A stretch of DNA of 64,000 nucleotides from the human T2T-CHM13v2.0 reference genome, Homo sapiens, in assembly GCF_009914755.1 (NCBI RefSeq), contig NC_060926.1; one strand, written 5' to 3'. Shown piece after piece: positions 14,909 to 30,968 of the stretch (positions within the stretch are counted from its first letter, which is position 1; every line of letters starts with the position of its first letter). A program made the position numbers and the translations under genes. Under the pieces are notes generated by a model. That model was not told where the DNA came from and did not search any database. It worked only from the letters and a program-made list of their open reading frames with translations.

Positions 14909-17900
14909 CTAAAAATATCCAAACAACAAACAAAACAGATCAGCGAATAACAAAGCCCAGAAGTCAGCTAATGTAGTAACTTTAACCAAATGAAAGGTTA
15001 CAGGAGCCAGTCATCACAAATTCATAAATATTACATAGAGATTTCTGATGATCTCTTGCATATTGTTAGTATGCTGAGTGTAACTTTCATTGGACTTCCT
15101 TTGTTAAAATACTTTTTAAAATGTAGATTTATAGACATTTTACTTATTCTGTGTTAAAATTGGCACATTTTATAGCGATATTGAAATCTTGATTAAGAAT
15201 TGGAAATTGATTTGAGAGTTATGGAAAATTACAAGTGGCCACTTACAAAAATTGAGTTTGCATATTAAGCAAATCCTTCTGTAAGTATCTGTGTCTTTTT
15301 CTGGTTGTTCTAAGTCCAGAGTGGAACTAACTACCAAACAGCAAATAGTCATCTGTCTTATAGTTCAAGCTGTGGAGTTTTTACTCTCCTAAGCAGAGAT
15401 AACAAAATACAGAGCTTTCCCATTTTAAATCATACTTCTATTACTATGAAGTCAAGAGAATGTGCCCAAGTTTTTATTGGGAGAAGTTGTTTTTCCCATG
15501 TAAGTACTATAACACTATGATAAGAAGTAAAAGACAAGAATAATAGATCTGATTAAAAGCCATTATTTAAACATAAAGTGCAACTATGAAATTAGCTGGT
15601 TGCATAAAAATAAATGCTGGAACAGTTTTAGTTGTGTTTAAACAAGGTCTATTGGCTAACATAAGATGCCTTTGTGCATCTGTCACAGGAAATCCACAGA
15701 GAAACAATTTAATTGGCTTCAGTTCGTAGTTAAAATGACTGTCAAATACCACCATATCAAGAATAGTTGTACACAATAAAAAAACAGCTTCCAGAGCCAT
15801 TCCAAGTGGAACTCTGGGCATGGTGGGCCAAACTAAATAACTGCAATTTCAGTGTCTCTGCCAATTCGGGCATAGCCAATTTTGATATCTGAGGCTGCTT
15901 CCTGAGCTAAGCTTCTACGATGCTATACGAATTATTTGTGATAGTCGTAAAATCAGTATTGGCTGTCCTAAAACATGGGCAAATTCTCATAAAATCATTA
16001 TTACTGACAAAGTCAAATAATAAACATGAAAATATGTTTCAAAGAAGCATATATAGACTTGAACACAATTGGCAATAAGGACACTATTAGATAAGAGTTA
16101 TTTAATTAATAAATGATAAATTTAAAACTATGAATATGGAGCATGATTTAAATGAAAATTAATATCATTATATTATGATTCAGGGCATCACTCATACATT
16201 AGCTCAACTTTTGTTACATCATAAAAAGCTAACACATTATATAATTTTCTATACATCATGTTTATTATAAACCATAATACAAGTAAATCATTAACACAGA
16301 TAAATGCATAAGGCCAAGTCTACGACTCTTGTCTGTATTAATAGAGTTAGGTAATGAAATAGGGATATTTTCAAATCATTAGAATAAAGTGAACAACAAA
16401 TAAAATCATTGTGTTTGTTTTTTCTTTTTAATTTGTGGTATTTGCAGATGAATGATCTAGAAAAATGTTCCAATTCTTCACATATTGTAATCATTGACAC
16501 AGTCCACGGGTAGTTCAAAATAATATATTTGGGAACATTTTGCAAACATGTTCTTGGAGTGAATTCTAATGATTGTGAAATGCTTTTTGTGTTATGTAGC
16601 TTTACATCTGCCAAATTTTTCTAATTTACCCCCGAGAATATGTCATATGCTCCACTGAAAAACTAATCCTGACTGCTTAGTTATTTCATTATGTATTAAT
16701 AGCTGTTGTGTACAAGTCTACATGTGTGCAATTATTTTGAATTATTGATTAAAATATCAAAATTTGCTTTATACATTATCTCATTTAAAAGAAAAAAAAA
16801 CTAAATCAGGTTCATCTTAGATAAGTGACCCAAGGCATATTTTATTGTGTTACTGAAAAAAGAACCTCTGGGACTCATTATTACACTTTCGGAAAAGATT
16901 TGAAGTCAGAAAGTGGAATTGCTTGAGAATTAGAAGATTAAATGCTACTTAATCATATTATGGTTCTGACATGAACATCATGTATTTTTAATAATTTATA
17001 AAGTAATTATATTTTGAGATCTCCAGATTAGCAGAAAGAGATTTTTAAATGAAGAAGATAAGGATAGTGGGATTCTAATTCCAAACTCTAGAATTATTTA
17101 AGTAGGACAGGTATTTGTTAATATTATGGTATAATTTCCTAATTTATCCATGGCTTAGGGTCCAGTATTTATGATAGATAAAAGAAGTCACCTGCTAGTG
17201 GTCATAATCCTCTCCTCTTTTAAATTGTGGGAGCCCATTTAAATTCATAATCTTTACAGACTATTTTACTTATTATATATTGGAAAAAACTCAAAGACTG
17301 TACTGGAGAAATAATTTTAACAGTTATACATCTTAATGTGCTGATGATCACTTTACCATTCTCCTTATACTCCTTATAAAATAATGTTTTATGGCCAAAG
17401 ATAAAATATGTTCCACTGTTCTGCATTTGTCTTGGTCTTAAAACATCTCTTTTGAGTTATTAAATAGAAATCATTATTCTTGTTTGCCTACCTTACAAAA
17501 TTATAACTTAAGGCATTTGCTGCTCCACAAGTTCTTCCAGTGGTTGATTTAAGACCAGGTATTTTTGTCGTCTTTATAGCAATGCATAAATCTTCATACT
17601 TTAAGTAGACTACAATGATCAAAGCCATTAATGGCAGAGCATTTAAGAAATAAAATTTGTGCAGATCATCAAAATCTCCTGTCCAATTCCCCGCTGAATT
17701 ATTTGCATAACCATGCTGACTATAATTTCTCTGGCATCTATCTCTTTTTTATTATTCCTCAAGCAAAATCCATATTCCATGTGCTGGTCATCTTTAATCT
17801 GTACTATTGCAATCCACTATTCTCTGCTATTCATCCGGGGACAATTATCTTCAAGTTAGCCCTGCACAACCCTGCTAGGCAATCTTTTCTTGTTTTTGTT

Positions 17901-18087
17901 TTGTTTTGTCTCACCGTAGCAAACAGCTCTGTATCATTCATGTTAAAATTGCAGACGTTTCCCACTGCCCTTAGTCTTAGGACCATAAAAATCAGCTTTA
18001 TCTTATGTGCTGATTACTATACAACTGTAAATTATTTAACGTTTTAAACAATTCCATGAATTTTAACCAAGTATCATTGGATCAGGA

Positions 18088-18138
18088 ACAGATGGATGGA
18101 TAGACAGATAGACAGGTAGGTAGGTAGATAAACAGATA
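18088..18138. repeat. Degenerate (GATG/GATA/GACA/GGTA)n tetranucleotide repeat
   Basis: Direct reading. Confidence 0.8.
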
Positions 18139-18419
18139 CTTATTGACTATTCAAATAATTATTTATCCTTCTTTATTTACATCATCAAATGAAGGTACTG
18201 CTCTTAGCAGTTTCCTGCTGTCAATAGCTGCATGGTAAAGGGTATTGATTTAACATTCTTTGACTTCTTTTTTTTTTTCCTAGCATTATTTAATGCTAAA
18301 TTGTTTCCTTAATCTTATTCTTCCATTTCCATAACAGTTGTATGTATAAGTGCTCTTAATTACAGCACATTTTATGGTATTCCCTTTATGTTCCAGACTA
18401 GAATAATGATTATGAAAAA

Positions 18420-18560
18420 TGAGAAATGTTAAAATTCAGATTCTGGGGCCCCATATATCAGAGAATTCAAGTAACTTGGGATTGTGGTCAGCATTCTTCA
18501 TTTCAACAAGGTGAATCTGATGTAAATAATTCACAAGTCACACTTCAAGAAATATTCGAG
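18420..18560. mobile_element. MER5-like hAT-Charlie DNA transposon fragment
   Basis: 'gttaaaattcagattctggggcccca...catttcaacaaggtgaatctgatg' resembles MER5. Confidence 0.5.
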
Positions 18561-19805
18561 ATACATTGTTATTATTATATTCTTACAGGCTTTGTTCTTA
18601 TAACAAATATCATTCAATGTCTTATTGTGAGGATGAGAATAATAATATACAAGCCCAGCATGATCGCTCAAAAGATAAAATAAGCTACGTAGAAGTTCCC
18701 TACACAATACCTGGAGTATGCTTATTTATTTATTTATTTTTTGTAATTAATTCTCATCTGAATGTTACTGCATGAAACACATGGTGAGTTAATTTATCGT
18801 CTCCCTGAGCAGTTTGTGCAGTTATTGTATAGCTATAATGTTTTCTTTCAATTATAATTTTCTGTAGCATAGGGGAATAACTTCGTATAAAAGCTAGAGT
18901 GTACAAATATTACTAGGAAGCACAGTAAGCGCTTTTAGAATATCAAAATAAGTTTGGCTTTTATAAGGGGACAAACTATAATCTTTAAAATGAAAGTTAT
19001 TACATTTAGTAGCATAACTGTAAGACATATAAACCGTCTAAAATAATAACTCTGAAATAGTAATTATTACAAAGAGAATTAAAATGAGATATAAAAAACT
19101 GAAGGTATATTAAAATCTTCAGATATTGTCCTTCCCGTAACAATGATCAATGTATATGAACTGCTCTTGTCATTTTGCAGAAATGTGGTCTAGAGTCACC
19201 CACTTTGGGAGGACTTCAAAATAAAATAATGAGATTAATATCTGCTCTTTCTTTTCATCAAATTTAAAGGTCATGGGATTCTTCTGACCACAGTGAAATT
19301 CAAAGGTGAACCTTAAAGCAATTTAAAATTGAATTTATCCTCTTATACGTATGTGCAAGGTTGCCCTTATTAACCATGATGATGGAGGCATTCAGAAAGA
19401 AAAATCTTTTAATATACCCCTTTCTTTCTCTACACAGGAAAAAAATAAGTGGCACAAAGGGATTAAAGAAGCCTTGGAAAAATTGTGCATGGTGTCATGC
19501 ATGTCTCAGTGCCCTTAAAATCTCATTCAATAAAAATAAAAGTATATGATTACAGGTTATGCATCAGTTTATGCAAAAGGATTTTGCATAATGGTGAAGA
19601 AAATCAGTATAGTGAAGAAAATCAGAAAAACACAAAGTTACTTGCAAAATACTTTTTTTCTGGTTAACTCATCAAATTACACTCTTTTGGTGGTGAGCAT
19701 ATAAAACTACATTTATATAATATTTCTCACTTGAAAGGTCTACACTCCATGTATCCCCTGAGTCTTTTATACTCACTTCCCTTGCAGATAGTAGCATGAC
19801 AAGAT

Positions 19806-19807
<2 letters not shown>

Positions 19808-19846
<39 letters not shown>

Positions 19847-19874
19847 CAAAAAACAAAAAAAAACAGAAAAAAAA
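19808..19874 (+). repeat. Poly(A) tract (A37 plus A-rich tail)
   Basis: Direct reading. Confidence 0.95.
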
Positions 19875-22256
19875 CCTAGCATTTTGGGACAGATACTTAG
19901 ATATTTATTCATCTGCTTAATTTTACTTTAAAGCCTTTCCATCTGTTATTTTTTTGTAACAATAGATAAAATTAGGTAATTTTAAAAGTCTTAGATGAAA
20001 TTATTTCATGTGTACATAAGGATTCCTAATTTTTATAACATGCTTCAAAAATTTTCTATCTCAACTTTTACATGAAATGTTACATGAGGTTCAGTTAACA
20101 CTAAACTTTGTGCTAGATCCTAGTATAGGTACTTTCATATAAAAATGTACTCATATCTAACTTCTATAAGAATCCTATGAGTAGGCATTATACACTGTAT
20201 AAAACGAGGACGCACATGTTCAAATAATCTGCCCACAGAAGCGGAACTAATAAGTGGTAGAAATAAAATATGGCACTATTATTTAATCATTGTTTTAGAT
20301 GACAATGCCATGATCCTTTTAATTCAATACAGAAGTAGGAAGAAATGCTTTTCCTTTCTTTCTCATGCCCAGGAGAGTACCAGGCTCTAATTTAAATGTA
20401 AAAATATTATTTAAACAAATGCAAATAAATGCAATTTTTTTCCGTTGTAAAAGTGTAAGAATTATCACACTGCCTTGGACCTGTGGTCAGCTGTGCCCAA
20501 TAATCTGTCCCTGTCTGCGACAGTGAGGGACATATTAATCTTCTTGAAATCAACATCACATTTGTGGTGTTCCAAAATACTGTAGATGTATCTAATATAT
20601 CTTTAAAGATCTATCATTTATAAATTCATCTAAAATGTATAAACAAATATACCCTTATGTCTCAATTCATACAATTTTGAACGTCTACAGCAAGTTACCA
20701 TATATTTCATTCATTTGGTATTTTTCAATAAATGCTTTGGTACTATAATTTCTATTTATTCAATACTGTTCTCAATCCAAATTTGACTGTTAATGTTTTC
20801 TATGAGAATAGCTAGGTGTTACTTTGCATTCTTTATTCAGATAGCTTAAAGTAGTATCTTAAATTTATGTCTGTTGTAATAAATTTACTTGAGTCAACTC
20901 TATAATACACTAAAATGCCTAGTTTTAAACTATGACAGTAAACATTTGTTAACTAATACTGATAAGATCAGTAAGTCAAAACTAAATTGTAATACTGAGA
21001 AAATTTGATCAGAAAGAGTTTTTGATTTCTGAGAAGTGTTAATGTGGTAAAGTAAAAAGAGAAATGACATATTCAATAAAGTGTTTATTGAACTAATTAA
21101 TTTAGGAAACGGTAAAAATTAATGAGAAGTTTCTATTGAAGAGGTGGCCATGAAAGAAATAAAATTAATAAAATGGATTATTTAAAGTAATTTTTAAGAA
21201 TGGAGGAGAAACATAAAAGAAGATAAAATTTAGTTTACCAACAAATGATTCATAAAAGGAAGTTTGTTAAGTTTGAGTGATTTAAGTTAGAAATGTTTAA
21301 ACATAAAATGTTGTGCAGTCCGCTTGAGTAGAAGTGGTCACTGAAGTGTTAAACGATGACTATATATTTAAAAAATATGTCCAGAGATGGAAAATGTTTA
21401 TCATCTAGATAGTCCAGAGAAAATTTTACTGAAAGCTGATGAGGAAGATACAGGTATTTTTCTGAGTGAGAAGACAATTTCTATTTAACTGAATACATTA
21501 CATGCATCAACTGAAAAGGAAAACGAACTATCATAAAATTAATATTAAGTAATATGGTGGATGTAATTGAAGACATAAAAGTAGGCCATTACATTAGACA
21601 CACTGGTTACAATTCTAGAGCTAAAGGTGGGAAGAAAAGTGGAATGTGTGCTGCAATACTAGTGGAAAGCTCCCAAGATGAAGGCCAGTTCCAAAATTGG
21701 TTTAAAAATACAAAGCCATGGGGGGAAATCTCAATGCTTAGTGCCATACAGATAAGGTAGCTAGCTTGCTACCTAAATATCTTATGTTTTAGCTCAAAGT
21801 GAGAGTAAACAATAAAGATTTCTTCTACAAAAACCCAACAAAGGCCCTTCCTATTTCTTAGGGTCTCAGAGGTACAGGGTTATGAGACTTGAAATTATAA
21901 AGGCGATGTCTGGCATATTCAACTGCAGGTTAATAACTGCACTTTAAAATAAAGCAGTTTAATAACTGCTTTAATAAAAGCACTATTCGACATATATTTA
22001 TTCTATACAAATTTAGGGCAATAGTAGCATATCAGGAGGTGTTATTACAAGGTTTTGAGTATGTGAATGTCTTAATTAGTGCAAAATGTAACTCTGATTC
22101 TCTGAAAATATTCAATTCACTTTCAGTTCCAATGCTCATGTGCTGAAATACTGATGTTAGCTACTTGAATATTTTAAAGTCTGAAACATTGGGAAATGAA
22201 TAAGACATACAAACGGTGATCAGATATCTGGTACTTCAGCATAGTCCTTGTTCTAG

Positions 22257-22607
<351 letters not shown>

Positions 22608-23929
22608 CCAAGATTTCTTAATGATTTCTACATAGCGACCAAAATGCAACACCAAAGCTTTCTTGGGACGTTGTGTTAGTGTAAATTTCAACTAACCATT
22701 TACTAGCATTTAGCTTTCTTCAAAATCTAGAAACTACACTCTCAAAATATGTTTAAAATTTGTAATTGTTTAAAAATAATGCAATCAAAAATTGAAATAA
22801 ACTGAGATAAAATGAGAAAGATTTGTTTAAATCAAGCTTCAGTATGAATTAACAAATTTGTCTATCTTACATAAATGTTAATTAGTCATAAAACTCTTAC
22901 CAGATTTGTTTAACATTTATAGGAAGATGTTGCAGACAGAAATTTCTGAAAGCTTATGACAAAATTACCCATTCACACACATTTCTTTCCTAATCCCAGT
23001 GTTAGATTACTTTTCCTAGACCCAAAGTGAGAAGGTTTAAGCAGACAATGCCCAAAAAATTGATTCAGGAGGTAGAGACAAATGTCTTCACTAAATCTAA
23101 AATGCTATAAAATATTACAGTAGTATTTTACATTACAGAGAATACTACTATTTGGGGTGAGTCATAAATATCTTTACATATTTGATCACTGTACAACACA
23201 AATATACTATATTTTTTATTTCTCTACTTATATATGCATTCATAAATATCTAAAGGCACCTTTGCCTATGACTATGCTAGACTATGATTTAACTAAAGGC
23301 AGAGATTATTGATTATTCATCTTTGTCTTCCCTCATTTCTTGAACAGTATCCAGTAAATACTCAATAGATATATTTTGCTGATCAGTGTACTTGCTGTTT
23401 GACAAATGAATAGATGAATGCATGAAAACATGGAAGAGGCATAGTTGAATACATAGGAATGCACATACATATACAGAGGTCTCATATATGTGTGCATTCC
23501 CTATTCTGCAAAGAATGTATAGCATCATTCATAAGAACATGCTTTCACCTAATTATCAATCAGTCATTTCTCACTGAAAGGAACATTAATCCACTATGGG
23601 AAACTTTTTACATATAAGACCAGAGAAAATAAGTTTTTAAATTTTATTCCTTCTTTCTTTCATTCACTTATTCTTTAATTCATTAATTCTTCCATTTCTA
23701 AATGAGATGATTACATTCTAGTACTTGGGCGTATGTAAATTGTGTATCATTCAGTTCTTGTCCCAGGATAACAAAAATTTAATTACAGAGGTATTTGCTT
23801 GATGGATACTTTAATGTGAAAAACAATTTTATGTAAAAAACAAATATACAATTAAATGTAATTTAATTCCATCAATTCATTTAAATAAATGATTATTTTA
23901 AATTTAAGTGCTAGTATGGATGACACAAA

Positions 23930-24080
23930 TACCGTATGCAAGTTTTGGAATTAGCCAGGCCTGGGTTGAAATCTAGGCTCCTCTCCTTACAAAGATTATC
24001 TTCAAGCAAGTCACCTCGTTTCAGATTACTCATTTCTCATAACAAGGGAGAGTAATACTTCCTGTGTGCATCACACATTG
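23930..24080 (+). mobile_element. MIR fragment
   Basis: 'gccaggcctgggttgaaatctaggctcctctccttac...caagcaagtcacct'. Confidence 0.6.
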
Positions 24081-24150
24081 CACTCAGATCTAGCCTCTTA
24101 TGTTTTAACCTTAGTCTCCCCCTTAAATCTCTCTTCTTTTACAGTTTTAA

Positions 24151-24516
<366 letters not shown>

Positions 24517-27500
24517 CTTCTTTTTCTTTTTGTAAGGCAATAAAACTCAGCAAAAAAATTTTTTTGCAGGTTTTTTGAGAGATTAAGAGATAAAATTTAC
24601 ATAAAATTTGTATCATCTGAGTTAGTTTAACTCGGCTGATAAATAATATTATGAATATTAAATTTAAAAAGTGTATATGGCATACCAATATCAATATAAT
24701 TATAATGTCTGATTTTATTCCCAACAGAAAAAAATAGGCTTAAGTTTTTCTACTCCTTTAACATGATGGCTTTTTCTGCTACCATCCTAATATGATGATA
24801 ATATCAGCAATTATTAATCTATTTTTTATTCTTAAGCAAATTTTGCTGGTAAGCATATGAGTCTAATTCTTGTCTAGGAATTGTATAAAGTTAATTTGGG
24901 ATCAAGTGCTAGGTTGAAGTTTAATTAATCTAGTTTTATTGACTTGTTTAAGCACAGAACATGAGCATAAAATAAACCTTTGTTGTTATAAACATCTGAA
25001 ATATGAGGTGGTTTATAGCAGTACAATCTAAGAAAAGCGGTCTAATAAAGACAAAATAAATGGATAAACAGTTAAGAGTTATACAAATAATATATAATGT
25101 ATTGGGTTTGGTTTATTTGGTTATTCTTACCTAGTGATTATATTTAAGACCAAGAATATGTCCCAAAATCAAGGGAAAATAACATGATTACATCAGAGCT
25201 GCTTGATAATAGCTGCCCAATACACAACTACGTAATTGTTCTTTATTAAGCAGTGCCACTTGTACCTCGAAGCACAAACTAGAGTTTAAACTTGGACAGA
25301 AAAATATGATATGTGTTCCTTTTGTTCCCCGTGGCATGACTGGCATGGTGAAAGCTAAAGTAACCTACGACCTCTTACCTAGAATCATAAAGGATAGACA
25401 TTGATGTGACAGTTTTTCTCGGACTTTACTGCTCCAAAAGACATGCACATTTCAGATTTTGTTCTTTGAAAATATAACAAGGGGGAGAAAGCAAATCAGG
25501 GACATACAATGTCCTGACTTTTGAAATGTGGACAACACTGGATGCTGAAGTTGAATTGCTCAATATCCCTGCCGAAAAGTTGTGGTCTGTTTGAAATCAC
25601 TCATGACAACTTCCTTAGGCTCTTCTTAAGCATTCTCTAAGGGACCACAAGGTCACTGGTCCATGTGGAGGAGTGCTGCTCAGCCTGACAGCAGGACCAG
25701 TGAAGAGCAAATTGTGCAGCCAGCCTCCTTTCTACAAGGCCAATGTTTTGAGGAACCAAAGCCATAATTAGCCATCACAATGTAGAGGAATAATTCCTAC
25801 CTTTCTAAACCTTGTGACAGAAACAGAACTCATTATCTTCCTCCCAAACGTGTTGCAACAAAGGCTTCTCCAATACCTGTGCATTTTCTTATGTATTACT
25901 CACCCTAAGGACTTGGAAAATAATGCTGAACACTTAATAAAATAATTAGATTGGAACAATCACAAAACTGAAGAATATGACAAAGTGCTTAACTCAGATC
26001 ACTCTCTAAATGAATGTCCCTGTGGTACTTACATATTCACCTTGAATCCTTCTGCCTTAAAAAAAAAAAATCCACCCTAAAAATGTTTATAAGATCTACT
26101 TCCTGCCCATGTTTTCTAAGGTAATTGAGGGAGGACACCCTAAATAGAACTTGAGCTGGCTTTACATATTGTAGCCCCCTTCCCAGTCGCTATTACTGTC
26201 ACTGTCATTGCACTACTAACCTTTCGTTTATGCCAAAATTTACCTAATTTTCAATAACAAGCACTTTTTAAAAATACTCTTTTTTATTGTTGGACCCCTA
26301 GAAGTTCAAATTATAGCAAGTTCTGATTATTGTGTTTCTCGTCTATTGCAATGGCTTTAAAATTTTCATTTTCTGGGTTTACTATGTTGAAGACAATATT
26401 CTGTGTTCTTTATATATATTACATTTTTAATCCTCAAAACAATCTAAAGAGACAGATGTCATTAGCAATTTCCGTATTAAGATGAGAAAAGAGGTTCAGA
26501 GAAGAACAATTGAGCAAACAAAACAATGTGGAGTCCTGACAGCGTAGACGGTCCTCTATACTGTTTTTTGTGCCTTGTTTACCATTAAACCCACTAACCA
26601 TTTTTTAATTGAAAAATCTTTGTCTTCCTTTACATTGCAAATTAGAAGTCATTAAGAAATCTATTTTTTCAAACCTATGGGAACTTTTTCTATCAGATGA
26701 CTATGTCATTAAGACTTTTCTAAGACATACATATAGCTGTGACACTTCATATTTCAAATGTTATCAGTGTTCCCCTACTGCTATAGAATGAATTTCAAAC
26801 TCTAGCTAAGCATACCATATTCCTGAGAATTATTTCATGGTCTAATGTTATTGTCAAATACTATTTCACCAGCACCATTTATCTTACACCACTCAAATGC
26901 CTGAAGCACAGGCTGTATTTCTCCTTGCCTCATCTTTTTCCTTAAATAGACTCAGAGGCTTCAAAGGACGGGGGATATACCTGACTTTCCTCTTATTCTC
27001 CATCTATTTTTGAGAGACAATCACAAAGTAAAAACATACAACAAACAAAAGGCAAAGAGAAGAGAAAATGAAATAAATCAAGTTTTTCTAGTAAGTTAAG
27101 ACGGTGTATTAAGCCTGTCTAGTTCTTGACTTACAGATATTTAGTGTGAGTTCCAGAAAACTCAAGAAACATCATATAACAGTTTTAGAAAGTATCATAG
27201 AGATGAGAAAGCCGATTGAGAATCATAGTAAAATAAATCATTTTTCTATTATTTTCTGACTCTCCATTCTTTGAAAATTTATTAATGAAGGAAGATGTGC
27301 TGTTATAATTATGATAGAATGATAAGTGTATCATAAGCTGCCGTACTCCATAATACAATACAGGAACTAACACAGTAATGATTTAACAATATTCATTAAG
27401 AACATATTACATGGAGAATACATGCGACCCATTGGGGTAAAATACATAAATCAGACATAACCTCTTATTTGAAGAAATTTACAACCTGCTGGAGAGAAAC

Positions 27501-28399
27501 AGACATATAAATTTAAAGAAGCCATGGGAATAGAACAGGCAGCATTCCCAGGCCAATTTCATAAAAATGTTTCATGTCCAAAGGCCATACACAGAGGGAG
27601 AGGTCAATTGTAGCCATGAAATATGGAATATCATAGAGTAATGTGATAAATGTAAAAACCAATATGCCCTGCCCCCACACACACAGATGATGAAGGAAAG
27701 GAGATGATTTTATGAAGAACCATTTTCCCCAAAAAGATAAACAAAAAACAGATGCCCATATAAATCTAAACAAAAATAAATAAATAAAAGATGCAGGCAA
27801 AATGCTCACAGCAAGTTATTTTTAGTGTTTGTTTCGAATGAAGAAGTAAAACATAAAAACTAACATTGCTATCTTGTTTGTGACCACATGGAGAATTGTT
27901 CTTGCTATGGGCAAGAAGCAATAATATATATTATAAGGAGTGTCCTGGAGTTTTGCCATCCTGCCATTTCAAAAACACTGAGTGTCTGAACTGATGTGAT
28001 TTCAGAAGCAATGTAATATTAAAGTTAGGTCTTTTGAGTTTTCCCTTTTCTGACATTTCAAATAATTTTAAAATGTTGTATTTTCTTCTGTTTTTAAAAG
28101 AGAATAGTATTTAAAAATTATCTGTACAAATTAAACATTACCCAAATTCCAGCAATAAGAGATGTCATTGTTACCATTTTGTTGTACTGCCTTTAATACT
28201 TTTCTCTGTGTATGTACATGTGTATTATATATAGATATATACACATTTGTCATTATATATGTGTATATATTAATATATGTATATGCGTGCATATATACCT
28301 TTTATAAGATTGGGTCATATGCTTTATATATATTACATTAGCCACAACTTTGTGGCAACTATTCCTAATTTTGTATTTATTGTTTTTTTATTTGTTTCT

Positions 28400-28770
28400 G
28401 GGATGAAAATCCCTTTCCCTATATAGCCAGATGGCCCATTCCCACATTTACTTAAGGTCTTTACGCAAATACCATCATCTCAGGAAGGCTTTCACTGGCA
28501 ATACTAATATCAGATTTCAAATCTCCCCTCAAAATTCCATATCCCTCTTTTCTGCTCTGGTTTTCTCTTAACAGCTTTTAACATTTTTAACATACTTAAT
28601 AATGTCGTAAACATTTATTTTCTTTATTTTCTGTCTCCACCCTCTTAGACATGAAGTTCCACAAAGCCAATTTTTTTTTGTCTGTTTTGTTCACTGATAT
28701 GGCCTCTAGTGAATAGGACAGTGTCTGGTATATAGTAGTTGGTCAGTAAATATCTGTTGATGAGTGGATA
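28400..28770 (+). mobile_element. L2 3' fragment
   Basis: 'tagacatgaagttccac...tgtctgttttgttcactgatat...cagtgtctggtatatagtagttggtcagtaaatatctgttgatg'. Confidence 0.7.
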
Positions 28771-29289
28771 TAAGAGAATGTTGGTGAGATATATATATAT
28801 GTGTGTGTATATATATATAATATATATGATGAAAGAAAGGAGATGTTAACAGTGTTAACAATAGGTTTTCTGTTACTCATTATTTTGGTTGCTAGTAACA
28901 ATCTTTGTCTTTTCAGTGTCTACATAAGTATTTTAGAGAAATTTTGGAAAAATTTGTATCTGGGACTGTGATTCTGGCCCAAGCTGAAACCATTTCTCAA
29001 CAAAGTCCAAATATAACTCACATTTAAATATATGAACCTCATAGTTTTATACTATTCTAGTGAACAACTAGTCCAAATCCATTATTTTACAGACAAGGGA
29101 AATGGGACACACAGAGGGGATGTAACTTGCCCAAAGAGACAGTGAGCTTGAATCTATAACATTGGATATAATATTTCTAATTCTTAGTGTTAGTTTCAGA
29201 AAATTAATGATATGAGGACCAAGGCATTTATGTAAATTTACAGAAGTTTATATCCTAGAAAAAATAGTGAAGTATGAACAAATAAACAC

Positions 29290-29366
29290 ACCTAATTATT
29301 GAATTATTAATAATTAGGTTGAATAACCTAATTATTAACACCGTTGAATAACCAACGGTGTTGGTT
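29290..29366. repeat. Cluster of overlapping perfect inverted repeats
   Basis: Stems of 11, 14 and 10 bp read directly. Confidence 0.9.
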
Positions 29367-30677
29367 AAAGTAGAGAAAATTCAGATAATGGAACACTGGG
29401 CACCCATTAAAACTAAAAGCATTTAATTATACAAATTAACATGCAATGCTGTTTGTAATATATAGTAAATAAACATAAGAGTGTATCATAGGGTCTCATT
29501 TTTTAGTATATAATAATCTGCAAAAGTATATTTACATGAAGGAACTGAACGGAAACCAAAATAACAGTAGATAATACTAGGAAATGTGGATATTGTAAGA
29601 AATTCTCAGAATTGCTGATTTTTTATTTCTAAAAAAGTCTGTGGTCTCATAAATAATAAAATAAGGAAGGTGAATTTAATACTGGATTTGAAAAGTTTGT
29701 TTTTTAATTATGAGAGGAAATACTTTATATTATTCTCTGTTCAAATGGAGAAAGAATTGAGTTAGGTATCCTTAGGTATATAGAGAACCTTTACTAATTT
29801 CTCAGAAGAATTACTATTAAAAAAAAAGATCAGAAGAAAATGAAATATGTACAAAAATATGGACTTTCAAATATTTGCTACTTGACTACAATGCCGAAAC
29901 TTTAGCCAGGAGCTTCTTGGGAAAATAGAAGCTAGAGTATGGAATGCCCAGGGAAACTCCAACAAGTTACCTTAATAACACCATATATCACAGTGGTACA
30001 CCTTCAAAATTTAAAAATAAAAGCTAGTTTTAATAATAGTCAAAGTCACACAGAAATAAAAAAGACCTAGTGCCACAAAGCACAGATTTTAAGACTAATT
30101 TTATCTGTCCCCACATAGCATTTCTTTCCCATGGAAGTTTTTATATGTACATACTAGTATCATCATCTTAAAGAGGAAGAAACTAAGGTTTGGAGAGGCT
30201 AATAGGCTACACCAACAGTAATGGACGAATATGTATGTGAATCCAGGGAAGTCTGAATCCAGAACTTGTGTTCTTTCCTGTTAATGTTTCTTCTTGTGGA
30301 ATCAACAGAACTTCTTTACTGTCTGGCTCACCTTTGATAGTGAAGATACTGGACAATAAATGGGTCCCTCTAGTGTTGTCAAGATAGGAGACTGATGTGA
30401 GCAGAATAATAAATGTAAATATGCATTCGAAATCCAGAAAACAAGAGGAATACTTCTAAAGGGGGGGAGTCCCTGACCTCCTCACTCTCCTCTACTATGT
30501 CCCTTTGTGAATGCCCAAGCACTGGTGATTTACATCCAGGAGAAGTTTATTAGTACATTTCAATATCTCCCTAGTCCTCAGTGGTAGCAGTCTGCAAGAG
30601 GAGTGGTTGCTGTGCTGTGGAGGATATATAAACAAAAAGGGGCTATGGAAATGTGCGAAAACCGATAAAAATATGTT

Positions 30678-30968
30678 TGTTTATTTGTTTGTTTTCTTTT
30701 TGAGACAACATTGCCCAGGCTGAAATGCAGTGAAGCAATCACAGCTCACTGCAGCCTCAACTTCTCCGGCTCAGGTGATCCTCCCAGGTCAGTCTCCCAA
30801 GTAGCTAGAACCACAGGCGCACACCACCATGCCTGGTTAATTTTGGTAGAGATGGACCAACTTTTGCCATTTTCCTCAGGCTGGGCCCGAACTCCTGAGC
30901 TCAAGTGATCCACCTACCTAGGTATCCCAAAGTGCTGGGGTTACAGGCATGAGCCACCACGCCTGGTC
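30678..30968 (-). mobile_element. AluJ element, TSD aaaatatgtt
   Basis: 'cacagctcactgcagcctcaacttc...ggctcaggtgatcctccc' AluJ diagnostics; TSD 30668-30677 and 30971-30980. Confidence 0.9.
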
